64,000 nt of DNA from Haplodiscus bocki (Eukaryota): positions 23,622,001 through 23,686,000 of the forward strand of contig OZ296658.1 of NCBI GenBank assembly GCA_965655095.1, in the 5' to 3' direction. The notes beneath the pieces are model-generated. The model ran no database searches. It worked only from the letters and a program-made list of their open reading frames with translations, and was not told where the DNA came from. Below, piece after piece: positions 62,351 through 64,000 of the stretch. Position numbers and translations under genes: made by a program. The first letter of the stretch is position 1, and every line of letters begins with the position of its first letter.

Positions 62351-64000
62351 CACACAGAAGATCGTTGCAGAGAATTGATAATGAAATTCAAAAAAAAATC
62401 AGTTCCACTTGCAATGCATCTCGAGTACTTGACACGATTAATTTGGACCCTTTTTGGACGAACCAAATGAATTTCGCAGGAGACGATCCGCAATCCTTCC
62501 ACATTTCGACTTCATCTTCTCGTCTACTGAAGAAACTAAAACTGCTTCGATTATCGATTCACGTGGAACTTCACGATGTTCTGCTGCGCATCAATTTCTT
62601 CCAAGTTTCGATATAGATGCATAAAGTGTCCTAAATGTGAACTGTCAAAATGAAGGAGTATAAGGTGATCGAAGCGAGGAACAATTACAAACGAATAGAC
62701 TGACAATACAAACAACTTCAAAAGAACATGTCTTCTGAACCACAACAAAAGCATTCAGACACTTGTTGGCAAACCAAACTTCCTGAATTTACACTGAATC
62801 TATACCGGAAGCCTAAAGTAAAGCACGGGGGTTTAAGTGAATTCAAAACTCAAATGATTGTTTCAATTTCTGCCATGTTTTCAATTCATATCGAGGCCCT
62901 AGGCCTTTCGTTTATGATTTGACACCCTTAACTGACCGTAGGTTGTTCAATTTTAGAACGTTGTGACAATATTTGAAACCTAAAATTAAGAGTGGATTGT
63001 CAAAAAATGCACATGTGCGAAACTGTATACTGAAAAAACTTTGATGCATGTGTGAAGTTTCCGAAACCAAGTTCCCATTGTTCAGATTGCTATTCGTTTC
63101 AAAACCCAACATGCTTCACTTTGTTCAAATTTCCAGTATACTTCTTGAAGAGCTGTAACAAAAAAGATTCTTATATCTGGTAATTACTGTGCCTCTATGG
63201 CAACTGCATCTCTGCAGCCAAAGCCAGACTAGAACTGACAAATTAGCGTTCTGCAGCCAGGGATGTTCTTCCAAAATATTATACTCCTGGTACTAATAAA
63301 TGGAAAACTTATACACCACACCGTCAAAATAAGCTATAAATTATATATTTGATGACAAAAATTGAAAGTCAGAAGATCTCGTTGATTGTATTTTCCTCCA
63401 GATGAAGTACGTAAAATGCTCATTTCCTGGCACATTTTGCAAGAATTTATCAAAACTGAAGCGAAACTCGAAGAATAATAACGATTCAACAATAGCTGTC
63501 TAAAGACAACCTGATTTTCTCCTTAATACAAATGAGTAAATCAAGAAGCTTCCAAGTTTGTCTTTGCAAGCTCACAAAGAAGTTAGAAGAGTTTCAGCTC
63601 TGAATCGTATTTTTTTCAAGTAATTTTTTTTGCAACAAATTGACAAAACCTTTCTAATAACTTACCTCCACTATCGCCGGTGGCCCTGAAACACATTGAC
63701 TTTTTCTTTTCATTAAATACTTTTAGCTAACGCCGCGCCTTTTGATAATTTTGACAAAAAAACTTGAGCAGCTATCGAAGGATAACTTATTGAGTTTTTT
63801 TGAGGAACAATAAAAAAATACTTCATTTTTTTGACTCATAAACATTACTAGCAAGTGTTTTGTACAAATACTTATTCTTTCGTATACGTAATAATGAAAC
63901 ACAAAATATGCCTCAATTTTTATGGAGAGTAAGTTTGATTATTTCACATTTTCTCTTCAAAAAAGGTGAAAGAAATGGCTAGGAATGATGCACCAAAAGT

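Overview
AT-rich eukaryotic (probably metazoan; inference) genomic window dominated by two env-bearing Ty3/Gypsy LTR retroelements. Element 1 (+, 1-14975) is decayed: LTRs about 90% identical, gag, pol with a TARG1/OARD1-type macrodomain between protease and RT, and a class III (chuvirus-G/herpes-gB-like) env. Element 2 (-, 31606-45864) is intact and very young: two 1592-bp LTRs, ACTT target-site duplication, PBS, PPT, gag, -1 frameshift, pol with a macrodomain between RNase H and integrase, an F-like class I env, and four small accessory ORFs (two paralogous RING fingers, one orphan, one with an LC8-type TQT motif). Main finding: env and all four accessory ORFs each begin at a splice acceptor of the same phase. 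The first ATG after the LTR TATA box is ATG-TC|GTGAGT, a phase-matched leader that would give every one of them a Met-Ser start, i.e. a complex-retrovirus-like expression system in a Gypsy element. Host sequence includes two exons of a probable Ig-like gene whose ~30-kb intron holds element 2, a degenerate nitrate-reductase-like (Moco + cytochrome b5) ORF, a three-exon PLAC8/cornifelin-family gene, Helitron-like repeats with a tandem array, small palindromes and LINE debris. All calls were made by eye; no searches were run.
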